Assembly (NCBI GenBank): GCA_951406725.2
Contig: OX597816.1
Location: 123,070,001-123,134,000, forward strand
Direction: 5' to 3'
Source: Octopus vulgaris
Lineage: Eukaryota
DNA: 64,000 nucleotides
Below are positions 12,085-25,336 of the stretch, one piece after another; within the stretch, counting starts at the first letter, position 1; each line of letters starts with the position of its first letter. The notes beneath the pieces were generated by a model that searched no databases, was not told the origin of the DNA, and saw only the letters and a list, made by a program, of their open reading frames with translations. The position numbers were made by a program, and so were the translations under genes.

Positions 12085-13605
12085 TTAAAAATAGCAAAAT
12101 GGAAAGAACCTGGCATGGATAGAGTACAAGATTATTGGCTGAGAATTTTACAGTTGCATGAATGTATCACTGCACACCTTGATGAATGTCTGCAGCAGTG
12201 TCATGTCCCTAACTGGATGACAAATGGAAAAACATTGTTATGTCTGAAGGATCTCTTGAAAGGTGAATTGGGATCAAATTTTGACCTATGACCTCTTTAC
12301 CACTGTTGTGGAAGCTTATAACCTCTGTTTTTGCAGAAAATTATATAATCATCCGGAAAGTAACAATCAAAAAGAATGCAGGAAGCAAAGTAAAGCAAAA
12401 AAGACTGCATTTTAGTTGATAAAATGGTAATTAGAAATTGTAGATACAGATTGACAGAAATAAATGTATCATGGCTGAATTACAGAAAAGCATATAACAT
12501 GCTACCGAACAGTTGGATGAATAAAACAATGAGCATGTTTTGAGTGGAAGAAAATATGGAGAAAATGGTAAATGAAAGTATGAAACACTGGAATACTGAA
12601 CTGATTGAAGGAAAACAAAGACTGGAGAAAGTGAACATCAGACTTGGTATATTTGAAGGTGTTAGTTTATCCACATTATTATTTGCATTGGCCATGATGC
12701 CATCAGTTTGATATTATGAGAAGCTAAAAATAGCTTGTGATTTGGGAAAAGGATATGGTCAGATAAATCATCTCCTTTTTATGGAGGATTTCAAGCTTTA
12801 TGCAATAAATGAGAAGCAGCATGAAAGTCTTGTACATACTGTCTGTATTTTCTCAGATGATGTAAGTATGGAATTTGGGATTGAAAAGTGCTATATTGAA
12901 AGTAAAATGTGGAAAATTTCGTAGAAGCCTGGGAATTGAAATGCCAAACGGACAAAAAAATGAAGTCAGTCAACAAGGGACTGTGGTATAAGTATTTGGA
13001 GGAAGATGAAATAAAACATGAAGAAATGAAGCAAATTATAAGTAGGGATTATACAAGGAGAGTCAAAGTTGAATTCAAAAAATGTTATTGAAACAATAAA
13101 TGCAAGAGCAGTACTGGTTATCAGATATGGAATTGGAATTGTAGATTCAACCAAAAGCAACATACAGAAATTTGACAGAAAAGTTAGAAAGCTGTTGGCA
13201 ATGTATGGAGCTGATATTAACTGGTTGTACTTGAAGAGAGATCAGGATGGAAGAGGCTTAGTTGCTGTGGAAGTGTATGTAGAGATGATAAAAAAGCCTA
13301 CAAGTTTACTGAACAGAACAGAGAAATTACTAAAAGCAGTGAATAAGGAACAGGTGATGAAGTGTGAAATAGGAGAAAAGGACCAAAAGGAAATTCAAAA
13401 AGAGCATATTAAACAGACTGTAGAGAAACCTTTACATGATCAGTTGTAGAAAGCCACTGAGGATGTATGCAGAACAAAAACCTGGGCTTGATTAAGAAAA
13501 AGGGCAATAAAAAAAAGAACAGAGGGCCCTATTAGAGCAGCTCAAGATCAAGCATTAATAAATAAACAACTTGAGAAAATATGTATATGGGGAGAAGGTG
13601 TCAGC
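12085..13605 (+). mobile_element. R4/Dong-clade non-LTR retrotransposon, decayed reverse transcriptase region
   Basis: WKEPGMDRVQDYW...VPNWMTNGKTLLCLKD...WKLITSVFAE...WLNYRKAYNMLP...INHLLFMEDFKLYA...VSMEFGIEKC...INARAVLVIRYGIG...LYLKRDQDGRGLV...KPLHDQ. Sits next to TAA repeats. Confidence 0.88.
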
Positions 13606-13746
13606 TGGTATTTATTTTATCAACCCTGAAAGGGATGAAAGGCAAAGTCAACCTCTATGGAATTTGCACTCAGAACATAAAGATGAATGAAATACCACTA
13701 AGAATTCTGTCCAACATGTAAACGATTCTGCCATCTCACTGCCTTA
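13605..13746 (-). mobile_element. SINE family B, partial
   Basis: caaccctgaaagggatgaaaggcaaagtcaacc...actcagaac...gattctgccatctcactgcc. Confidence 0.7.
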
Positions 13747-15849
13747 ATAACAACAACGACAACAATAATAATTTCAAACAAATCTTTAATGCCATGTTTA
13801 GGAAGAAAAAGAAATATGTCTTCGTTTCTGATTAGGTGTTCTTTTTATTTAGGTACACTTGCAGCATTTTGAAAATTTGCATAAATCCACTTTGGAAAGG
13901 AATTTTAGAGCATTTATTTTAATTTGATTTAAAATTGATTCATGAATATTTATGAATTTTGACAAACTATTTCTAAAACTAACATTATGTTTGTATTATT
14001 TCATTGCTGTTGCTTTTATTTTTGTTTTTAACTCTTTTGAAGAAGATATGATATTTCTAAGTCAGAGAATTTTACTTGAACTTAAATGTAGGCAATTTCT
14101 GTGTAGGTGCTTGACCATTGCAGATGAGAGAAAAAATTGTCCTTGACAAACTCTTCTTTTATCCCCCACCCCATTAAAATTGACAATATGTGTTTCAAGT
14201 CCTAAAATGCTATGGCCTGCAATAGTGATAAAGTGGCCATAGAAAGAATTCCTAAATTCGTTGCCCTGTCAGAATTATGTTATAGATTTGCTCATACAGA
14301 GGTAGTAAGAGTTAATTGTCTTTTACTAAAGAATATAATACAGTCAGTATTTTTTTATGACATCCCTGACAGATTTCATTTTATGGAAGCCCAATTGCCA
14401 ATAAAATTTTAAGTTCTGCTGTAAACTGTTTCAGCTTAATCAATGTATTTAAAAATGGGGGTGTGGCTGGAATAAAAGCATTGAAATAGGAGATTGATGT
14501 TGCAATGAATATGAGTTATATCCATAATAACATTGATGATACAATAGATATGAATGGAAAACTTGCAACAACCAATGCATTTGCTTCAATTACATTACAA
14601 ACATTGTTTTAATTACACTTGGTTAGTAATAGGAAAGAGCTGTGTACATCTTTAAAAGCAATTGCTCTGACAATATGAAATTATCTTAATGTGCAACAAC
14701 CATTACACCAACAGATTAATAATGTAAGGAAGAATTTACAAAAAGATTGAAGTGAAATATATAAAAACAAACGTACAAAAGCTTTTGCAAAAAATAGGGT
14801 TTGAAATTAATTCTTAATTTTATGGTTCTATAGCTTGCAATCTTCACTAGATTAAAATTTAGAATGAGCATTTTTTTCACTTAAAGAAAACAGGCATAGT
14901 TTCTAAATCCATCAAATTACAGTCATTTGTTATTAACTGATTTTTGATTAGGATTAACTCTGCCTTTTGTTTCTTATTCTGTCCATTCAGTAATTTGTAG
15001 CTTTATGTCTTCCTCTAAGATGAGCAGAACTCTGCTTCTTCAGCTGATAAGAGTATAAAATTTTTTATTCTATAGTTGAACGATTACCTGTAGAAAGGAC
15101 ATGCATTTGAAAAAGTAATTGCTCTGAAAAAATGTTAATGATCAAATATTTTTTTTAAAACTCTTCACCACTATAATATAGATGTAAATGAGTAAAATAT
15201 GGAAGTTGAAAAAATATAGTTTGAAAGTAATACTAGTATACTGTTTACTCTTTGATAGGGAGGTAGCTAGGAGTAACATCAAAAGACTAAACAGGAGTCC
15301 TCAGCAAAAAAGAAAAAAAAAAGAAAAGAAAAAGAAAAAATATGTATTACGATAATAAGAGACTTGAAGTTTTAAATTGCAAAACTGTATGTTCACATGA
15401 TTCGGAATATCATTGTGGAGTAACTGATAATAACTTTGGCAAACTTGCTTTAAGTGACGATATGAAATCAGTGAAATAAGAAGTAAAAAAATGTATTATT
15501 GTGACAGGATTTCAGTGAGGAGAATAAATGTGATAATCAATGAGTAATCTATTTAGATTTCCAGCAATGAGTGTAAGCTCCAGAGTGATTTGTAAGATAA
15601 TGGAAGAAAAGTACCTGGGCAATTATAGTTAGTCATCATGATATATGGATGATATACTAGTAACTCTCTTAATTAAGCAAGTAATACAGATAATTTTTCT
15701 CCAGTTATTTGAGCAGCAAAAGTAAAGAGAGATGCACTTTGGAAAAAAAAATAATCACAGTGGTCTTAAACTGACTGACTAATTGTTCAGAATACACATA
15801 TGCACACACATGCACGCGTGCACACACAGCTATATTAATGTCAAGCATA

Positions 15850-16420
15850 GACATCATGACAAAGCATGCACTGAATCCACAAACAGGAGACTTGAAAATT
15901 TTCTCCCGTGGGTCACAGCAATCCTGTCCCCTTTAACAACACAAAGACACACTCATGACTCACCAAGATGAAAATATCATAAACCTCACCTTACATTAGA
16001 CATGAAAAACAAGCAACTAAAATTAGACACCTCAAGACCATTAGAAATGTTGGATGTTGTTAATATAAACTTATGTGTGATACTTGAGCACACACCCTCA
16101 ACATTAAAAAAACTGGATTTTCTATTCAGAAAATACTTCACAACACAGACTACAAATGCTTTATAGAGATCAAGTCAGTCTTAGAGTGAAGTTCTTCTCA
16201 CACATTTAGGATGGTGTGGCTACAATACATACAGACACATGACACTTCATCCGATAAAAATGACATGTGATTAATTGCCATGATGTTGCTCACAAATAAA
16301 CAGCTAACTCTTACCTCCACATTCACTACTCACATGTCTTGCCTCTTATTTTTCACAGCAACTACACTGGACTCAGCTTGTTGAATTCAGCTAATTTTGC
16401 GTTACCGTACTCAAGCTAGC
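15850..16420 (+). mobile_element. Ancient CR1/Zenon-like LINE fragment
   Basis: DLENFLPW...FNNTKT...KKLDFLFRKYFT...SHI.DGVATIHTD resembles the post-RT region; same type as 8630-9100. Confidence 0.5.
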
Positions 16421-16525
16421 TTCATATGCTAATATCTACTTGTCTTGTCACAGATGCCATATTTGTCCTCATTTTAAATATTTATTCAGATTTCAACTGC
16501 TAATGCACTCACACCCACCCAAACT

Positions 16526-16579
<54 letters not shown>

Positions 16580-16659
16580 CACACATGAGTATGTAATATG
16601 TTTTGACAGAAAACCTTTGTAGCAATACAATGCCACTGTTTGAGTATATTGGTCTCGAA

Positions 16660-17530
16660 GCAATACAATTTCAATTTTGTATTAACGTGTGAAGGTCAAG
16701 ATGCTGACAAGCTGTGGCATCTTGACTGCATTCATGCATGTATTTTAAGACCTACTGTGAAATATGATTACAAGGTGGCAAGTTGGCCAATATTTCTTTG
16801 ATTTTCATTGTTCTTCAAAGCAACTCTTATGTGAATATATTTTCCGACTCTCTTGGACTTATTGAATATAAGACATTTCAGCATTCATTGTGAACAGACT
16901 GAAATATTGACAGAAATGATGAAGTTTTCCATTTGATGAAATTATTAATCATGGGTGCAAAAATCATCTAGTGATGGTTTTTATTCAGTAAATCTTTGGA
17001 CACTAGTACTGTGCCTATATTATCCTTTTTGAAAATTCAGAGGGTATTGTATTGGATGAAATTAACAGTGTGTTTTTGAGGTTCTAATGGCAGATTCACA
17101 AAATTTTTGCAGAATTATATGTCTTCCAAGGAGCTCCTGCTTACCAATTAAAATGTCAGCCTCATTAAATGTTCATGTTCCCTAGAGGGTACTTTATCTA
17201 CTTGGATGATAATTTCTATCTCAGCTTCATTCACATTTCAAGAGCAGTTTTTTATCTCATTACACAGTCATCAAGTTGATATAACATTTCCTGAAAATAA
17301 AAGGTAACTCACTGTGAAACAATTGGAATATTACTACATTATCTTGTCTATTGTCATTCACGACCCATGAAATAAATATGCTGGTAATAGTGATCAGCAC
17401 TTGGATGTGAAAAAAATGACTTAGTGTGATGTTAAATTCACGTTCTTTCAAGAGTTAAGAGGCTCTCAGAGCCACCACCATCCTACTTTGAAAGTACAGA
17501 CCTGAAGCTTCCTAGTGATTCACCTTCTAT
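16660..17530 (-). mobile_element. Helitron Rep-helicase (Rep region) pseudogene fragment
   Basis: Minus-strand pieces: TFKV..., HIYFMG, QEMLYQLDDCVMRxKTALEM, IIIQVDKVPSREHE, PIQYPLNF, KYIHIRVALKNNENQRNIGQLATLxSYFTVG.KYMHECSQDA. These match the Helitron ...LPSSFTGGPRYMHERxQDAM region. Confidence 0.8.
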
Positions 17531-18595
17531 TTTGCTCCACAACACACATATATTAGAGATACCACACTGTTGAAGCTAACAAGATAATTTATATAACTTA
17601 TTTACATTTTTGCTATATCCAAATGCTGCATTTTCTTTAATTTACGACTTTTCCTATCTGACTTTTAAGTCTAGTACTTGTAGATGTGTCCATCATTTTT
17701 TCTCTGATTTTATTTTGTCTTGTTTATTTACTAGTCTTCAATAAATAAAAATGGTTTCAAAATAAGATTTATACTCTCTATTGCATTACTTGTTTTGCAA
17801 TTCATTGCCAATATTTTTAAATGACCGTCATCTGATATAGAAATCCGTGAAGTCATTGAAAGAGAACAGACCAAAAGATTGTTTTCTTTTGAGCCCCATA
17901 AAAATAAAATATTTAACTGTTTAGGAAAATGCATTTTTGTGTAAGATGTAGAGGAAAACCTCTGTTTTCTACCAATATATTCAAATATTGTTTAAAACCT
18001 AACTGAATTATTTAACATACGTATTATTCTTAGAAATATATACAACCAAAGAAAATAAGTAGCAGCAACACACAGAGGGACTTTTATCAGTTAAAAGCTT
18101 CATGAAATAAACAAAAACTTTGTATTGTACTTCCATCTTCTTCATTTAAATGTAGACTGTTCTGACTTCCAGCAGAGAATTGTTCTAGAGAAAAGCAGGA
18201 CTCTTGTTTTTGTGATCCAATCACCTTTAATGTTTGACCCCTATATTTATTAGTAATTGGAATACCTATTATTTACATTTAAGATTTTTAATTTACAAAA
18301 TCAATTTCCATTATTTGAAAATGCACATTTCTCATTACACAGGCAATTTCCTTCAACAGCACGAGCACAGCCTTCACCTTAATTTCACCTTAATATATAA
18401 AATTGAATATGAGTGTGTGTGTGTATGTACGTACATATGTGTGTATGTATGTATGTCATAATTCAGTTTTATTTCAAGATTTCTTGCCAATAGAGAAAGA
18501 GGTGGTTTCTAACCTACAACCAAGGCTCTTTTATTAGAATGTCAACATCAACAACAGGGTATGTATGTATGTATGTATGTATGTATGTATGTATG

Positions 18596-18626
<31 letters not shown>

Positions 18627-18644
18627 GTAAATATACGTGCAGGT

Positions 18645-18895
18645 TTGTATGTTTTGTTTCATGCATATATTTGCATATCTGGATATGCTCATATATACTT
18701 AAGTGATAAACTTCTGGAAAGTATTTTTACAGATTTTTTTAGAGTTTCAGTGATGGTTTGGATCTATAGTCTTCGAATCAGCTTCCTCCTTTCTTGTTTT
18801 GAGAAGCCTAAATTCTCAAGATTGGTATTTAGGAAGTGTGTTACATATCCCAGTGCCCCAATAATTACAGGTATAAGCCTAAACTTGTAATCTGT
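18645..18895 (-). mobile_element. R4/Dong LINE extreme 3' end
   Basis: Minus-strand DYKFRLIPVIIGALGYVTHFLNTNLENLGFSKQERRKLIRRL.IQTI; homologous to 62570-62760. Abuts (ATGT)n. Confidence 0.75.
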
Positions 18896-18949
18896 GTTTG
18901 AATGTATTATGTATGTATGTGTGTGTCATATATATATATGTATATATAT

Positions 18950-19190
18950 CATCATCATCATCATTGTTTAACGTGTGCTTTCCATGCTAGCATGGGTTGG
19001 ACGGTTCAACTGGGGTCTGGGAAGCCAGAAGGCTGCACCAGGCCCAGTATGGTCTGGCAGTGTTTCTACAGCTGGATGCCCTTCCTAACACCAACCACTC
19101 CGTGAATATAGTGGGTGCTTTTTACGTGCCACTGGCACAGGTGCCAGACGAGGCTGGCAAACAGCCACGATTGGATGGTGCTTTTTACAT
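18950..19190 (-). mobile_element. SINE family C (GGAAGGGCATCC core, (GAT)n tail)
   Basis: catcatcat...gtttaacgt...catgctagcatgggttggacgg...acagctggatgcccttcctaacaccaacc. Confidence 0.8.
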
Positions 19191-19811
19191 ATATATATGT
19201 ATATATATATATATTTATTTATTTATCACCCACAAGCATACACTATACACATACACAGTATTTGATCTCAGGCACACACACATACACATTAGCTCCACAC
19301 ATACTGTATACACACGTCTATTCACATATGCACACACATACACGCATATACATCTATATACATACTCATGCTCATACACACATACAAACATATACAGATA
19401 CACTCATGCACATGCATACGAGCACATACACATAGATGTATGTACATATACACATACATATGCATATTCATACATACATATATACATGTATACGCATACA
19501 TACACAAACACATATATATATATATGTTTACATAACCACATAGTACACACACCTACATACATAAAGATGTTGCTTATGTCTGAGAATACATATACATACA
19601 TATACATAAACACACACTTGTGCATATGCATTCGTACACATACACAAACATAGGCATCGCTACGTGTGCTTACCCATACACACCTATATATACAGACAAG
19701 TGAACATACATACATACACGTATATATGCACACATGTATATATATATATATGTATATTTATATACATACATATATATGCACATATAATTGTGTGTGCATT
19801 TGTATACACAC

Positions 19812-19860
<49 letters not shown>

Positions 19861-19895
19861 CCATGTGTGTGTGTTTGTGTGTGTGTGTGTGTATA
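19190..19895. repeat. Degenerate (CA)/(TA) low-complexity tract
   Basis: About 700 bp of mixed alternating purine-pyrimidine repeats. Confidence 0.9.
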
Positions 19896-19899
19896 GCTG

Positions 19900-20240
19900 A
19901 GGGACAGATATTTTCCATATAGAATACATTTCATAGTGTTCAAATAATTTAAACTTGAGCAGGTAGAGGAGTGAAATTAAGGATAAGCAAGTTAGGCAAG
20001 TCAATGTACAAAAAAATCTTAAACACATTTAATGCAAAAAATGTACATATGTTTACATATAAAACGGTCCAACTTAAAAAGAATAGAAGTGATATCAAGA
20101 ATTAAAAAGGTTGAATAAGAGTTTTATGAATCTAGCAACTGCTTTTCAGGCTTGGTAATCCAAAATAATGATTGTAAATTGATTCCATCATCGTATAATA
20201 CCAGCCTCTGTCTTCAGGGAAGAATTTTACATTTGAGGTG
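19900..20240 (-). mobile_element. Penelope pLTR-like relic with long-helix-II hammerhead-like motif
   Basis: Homologous to 23890-24330. Minus strand reads CUGAAGA-cag-AGGCUGGUA...UACCAAGCCU-GAAA (20217-20144). Confidence 0.5.
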
Positions 20241-21349
20241 TTGACAGTAAAGGGTGTTAGTATAGGAATAAATGAGTGGGGTGAGAAGACAGGGAGAAAG
20301 TTTACTGTATTGTTATTATCATTCTATATGGAATTATTATTCTTTTATGTGGTATCGGGAAAATGTATATTTGAATTGGTGGAAACATCTCAAAATTTTC
20401 TCACCATGTTTGTTTACTAGGTTTTCTTTGCTCAACAGGATACACAAGGCTTATTCAAAAGAAAAAACAAAAACTCCACAGCCTATATATGTGTAGGTGT
20501 GTGTGTGTGTATTTAATGTGTATACATGAATGCATGTATGTATATGTGTACATATATTTGTGTGTGTGTGTGTGTGTGTGTACAAGCATGTCTATGTATA
20601 TAGATGTATATGTGTGTGTGTGTGTGTGCATGTAAAAAATTTGTATTTGTAAGCATATACGTATGTGAAGTCGTAAGGGTGTATATTTAAGTGCATATTT
20701 GTATATGTATAGATCAGAGCATGTATGTAGTACATGTACAAGAGCAATAAAAACCAAGAACATACTCGAAATACATTTTTTCAAATACCCAGAAGGATCT
20801 TCAGAGGTAGCGGATAGTTTCTCTTACTTTATACTAATACTAATATATGTGTGCATGCATGTGTGTGTGTGCATAAAAGAAAATTTTGATGCATTTTCAA
20901 CTGCCCAAAATAGATAGACAGAAAGATAGATAGATAGATAGATAGTTATAGATAGGCAGATTGGCAGATGGATTGACAGATATAGACACACACATACACA
21001 TACAACTATCTATGATGTATATATAACTGCTTATGCATGTAATTATTCTCTCATGTATTTGCATTGAAAATGTATGAGTAACTTAAATTGTATGATGAAT
21101 GATGACATACAAGAAAAATTAACTATATTATTTAAAAAGCCTTATGCAAGGTACTTAAAAAGTACCTTACACAAGGGTTGGTATTAGGCATCATCTGACT
21201 GTAAAGTGCTCTCCTTCAAGAAATCTCATGCTACACATGTTGACATGGAAAAAGGGAACCACAAAATAAAAACCATTTCATTCATTCTTATATTCATTAA
21301 CAATAATACTTTTATATTGGTGCTTACATACACCAGCTTTTTCCTTTTA

Positions 21350-21898
21350 TCATTTGCTTGTTTTAGACATTAGATGGTGGTCATACTGGAGTACCACCCT
21401 AGTGCTTATTTCTTTTTTAAGCCTGGTACTTATTCTATTAGCTTAAAGTTATGGGGACATAAAAACACCAACATTAGTTGTCAAGTGGTGGTGGGGAACA
21501 AGCAAACAAACAGACACGCACACACACACACACACACACATCATCATCATCATTTGACATCCGCCTTCCATGCTGGCATGAGTTGGACAGTTTGGCTGGA
21601 GCTGGCCAGGCAGGAGCCTGCACCAGGCTTCTGTGTCTGTTTAGGCTTTTACAGCTGGATGTCCTTCTAAACACCAACCACTTTACAGAGTGAACTGGAT
21701 GCTATTTATGTGGCATCACACACACACACACACATATGACAAGGTTTTTTCAGTTTCCATTTACCAAAGCCCTTTAAAAGACTTTGATCAGCCCAAGGTT
21801 ATAGTAGAAACACTTGCCTTAAGGTACCATGCAATGGAACTAAACCCAGAACAATGTGGCAGGAAAGAAGACTGCTTACTATACAGCCATGCCTGCAC
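21350..21898 (-). mobile_element. SINE family A copy with nested SINE family C (21538-21720)
   Basis: Family A tail and head flank a catcatcat...gctggatgtccttctaaacaccaacc segment inserted in the internal (CA)n. Confidence 0.75.
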
Positions 21899-22670
21899 AT
21901 ATATTCATTATATATAAAGTATATTAAGAAGTATATGTTGCAAAATAATTAAATAAATTTCTTATATTTATCTTTGAGAAGTAGCAACAAATTTATGTAA
22001 ACTAGTCTAGACAAAAAAATAACGGAATGTAAAAAATATGGTTCCAATAGATTTTTCTTTCTTTACGTGGCCTTCTTTTCTCAGTAAATACTGAGACCAG
22101 CACAAGAGTACAATAATTTTTGTAGAATTAAGTGAAAATATTAGTATTCTTCTGCATCTGTCTAATCTACTTTCTTGTCATGTTTGTAGCCATTTTTGTA
22201 GCAGTAGCAGCAAAGGGGTCCACCAATATTTGTTCTTTAAGTTAATTAATTTGTATTTTTTTATTTTACATTTCTCTTTTTTATAAGAAAAAAAAAAGAA
22301 AAAAATATTGTTATTTCTACTTCTTTTTTTCTACTGCAAGTATTACAGTTACTGTTTGCAAGACACACACATTTACACACACACATGCACACACACACAT
22401 GCACACACACATATGCACACACACACATACATACACACACAAAATATATACATACATTTGTAATTATACATATTTCTATGTACATAATTTTATAATTTGC
22501 CTTTACATACATCTGTATGTGTCTCACTCTGTTTCTCTCTCTCTAATTATACTGTGTGTGTGTTTGTGTATATATATACATATGTACACACAAGCACAGT
22601 ATTATTCATATAATATAATATATATAATATAGTATGATATAGTATAATATAATATAATATAATATAATAT

Positions 22671-22706
<36 letters not shown>

Positions 22707-23889
22707 TATATAAGTATGAGCAGTTAGCATTTCTGTGCATATTTATATAGAAACAAATGTGTAATTAGGATACGGTTATTGATTTATAAACGTTTGGTTG
22801 AGTAAATAACTAAGTGGCTATTAACCATTTTGGTTGTGAGCCATATTCTATAATCACATGTATGGTTAATATTAGGAGCTTATGTAATACACTTAATATA
22901 GTAAAAAAAAAAGGAAGAAGACAAGCAAGAACAATTGATTTGTGCTAACCATGCACATTGCCGTCTTCAGGAGAAAGATGTTAAAATATACTAGATCTTA
23001 CTGTATTAATGAGGGCTAGTTTTATTATGTAGTGGGAGTGGATGGCTAGCTGATAAAACTGTCAGGAAATCTTGTAAAAGGTTTAGTGGTATTTCTTCAA
23101 GCTCTTTCTATTCTGAGTTCAAATTTTTCTAAGATTGACTTTGCCTTTCATCATTTCAGGGTTAATAAAATAAGTGCCATTTAAACACTTTCCTTTGAAA
23201 TTTCTGGCCTTGAGGCAAAATTTTAAACCATTATTTAGCTGGAGTGCTCTACAGACATTGAAGATATTTGTAGCCTTCCACTAACCAGTGAAGATGATGC
23301 AGTTGATACTTAGCTTGAAGATCTGTTGGTTGACACCTGAAGTAAAAATGAATGCAAACATGACATTATTAAAAGAAATGAAATGTTAAACATCTCCATT
23401 CCCAGTTTTCAAGACAAATGGGAATGGAGATGGATGCAGTGAATGATCCAAATACTTTGCTTGCTTCATTTCATCGTGTTCTTTGCACTCAACAGAGCAT
23501 TGCTGCAGCTGCTTTCCTCTCCATTGAACCATGAATGTTTCTTCCACAGAGTCTGCTAGATCTAGTTTACTTGTGCTTAGATAGATAAACACTAACTCAC
23601 CATTATCCATTAGCTACCCTCACCTTGTTTAGCCCTCTAGTTGAAGTGGTTTCCTGGGTTCTAACCAACATTGCATGCAAACAGTTACTTGGAGCCATAA
23701 GTGCCAGGTGGAGACCAAAGTGGACTAACCACCCCTAAGAGTGAAACATTTCCCCTGTCAAGACGCAGAGTGAATTGTCATCTGAGAGGTAATGGATAGA
23801 AAGTCAGAAATTCCAGTGAGGAACTATAAGGAGACACTAATCATCTGTGAAGATAAAGCAGCCATTATGTATGTACATATGTTTATATG

Positions 23890-24330
23890 TAACAGTAAGG
23901 ATAAGCAATTTAGGCTGATCGATATATAAAGTATATTAAATACATGAAATATAAAAAAAATGTATATATGTATACATATATAAAGGTCTGACTTACACAG
24001 AAAGCAAATGATATAGAAAATTAAAGGGGATGAGGAACAATATTACAAATCCAACAGCTGTTTCTTGGGGCTCAGTGGTCCATAATAATGTTTGTAGATT
24101 GATTTCATCATAGGATGAGATGAGCCTCTGTCTTCAGCGGAAGAGATCCTACATTTGAGGTGTTAAAGGAAATAAGTTCAAAAATTGAATGTATTTCATG
24201 TATTTAATATACTTTATATATCGATCTGTTTAAATTCCTTATTCCTACATTCACTTCTATATCCGCTCCAGTTTAAATCTCTTGAACACTACTGTATATT
24301 CTATACCGAGAACACTCGGATCATGTCTAT
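23890..24330. mobile_element. Penelope pLTR-like relic with inverted duplication and hammerhead-like motif
   Basis: Perfect 35-bp inverted repeat at 23917-23951/24192-24226. Minus-strand CUGAAGA...GAAA-CAGCUG-UU at 24137-24053. Confidence 0.55.
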
Positions 24331-25336
24331 GAACTATATGTTTATATATGCATATATGTGTGTATGTATTTAGCTATATATATATGAAGCATTGATAAGA
24401 CAGCATGGTTTAGAGCATGGGTGACAGACGAAAGTTCTAGCTTACTGTGCTCTTCCAGATGGATAGGTCTACACACTTCACCCTCTTCTGTCACCTTAGG
24501 ACTTTCAGTAGATGTCTTATATATCACCATCTTTTTCATTACATTGGTTTTTAGTTAGCGTTAATTTCAGTATATTTCTGTCTCTTTCCAGCAACTTCTC
24601 ACATTCCTTCATTTATCGTGGTTCAACCTTTATTTCACGTATTTCCAGCATTTCCATGTCTATCCCTTTTCCAGTTTCAGCCACATAACTGTGGCCACCT
24701 GCTGTTGCTTTCTCCAATTTTCCCACAAATACAATAACAATAGCAACAATTTGAACAGTAATAATCAATCAAACAGATATTTAACACTACGACTTATGAC
24801 AAAAACAACTCATTTTGAACTCATGGCTATATGGTTAGGAAAATAATCTATGAAGAAAAAAGGAAAGGAAAAGAAGAAAAGAGGAATGAAAAACATATAT
24901 TCTATGAATATCTTGTAAACTGTAATTATTTTTTCATCTATAAAAAATATTTCGCTTCATAAAATATTTAATTTAGTTTAATTTACTTCAGGTTATATCT
25001 TACTAACAGTTTCTAATAAGAAAGAAATGATGCAATCCATGATTACCTAGTGACCAGAAATTTTATGATCTTTGTCACATGTAAGAAAACATATTTAACA
25101 TATATTTTATGCATCTTCTTTCTGGGTCTTTCAATTCAAAATTCAAACTATTAATTCTGGCAAGATTTATCTAGGCATGATCTCCCTTATAATACTTGGC
25201 AGTCGAGGCACACCACATGTTTCAACAATGTTTAAACATTCCAGTTATATGAATGTGTGAATGTGCATAGGTTACACACACGTGTATGCACAACAAAAAC
25301 TCAAATTATCTGAGACACAGAGTAACTTGCTTTGAC

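Noticed and set aside
18997-20028. Many overlapping ORFs of up to 218 aa rich in Y/I/H/T/C/V
   Set aside because: Translations of (CA)/(TA) low-complexity DNA. The same applies to ORFs at 11670-11988, 26947-27316, 33318-33548, 53244-53730 and 62938-63278.
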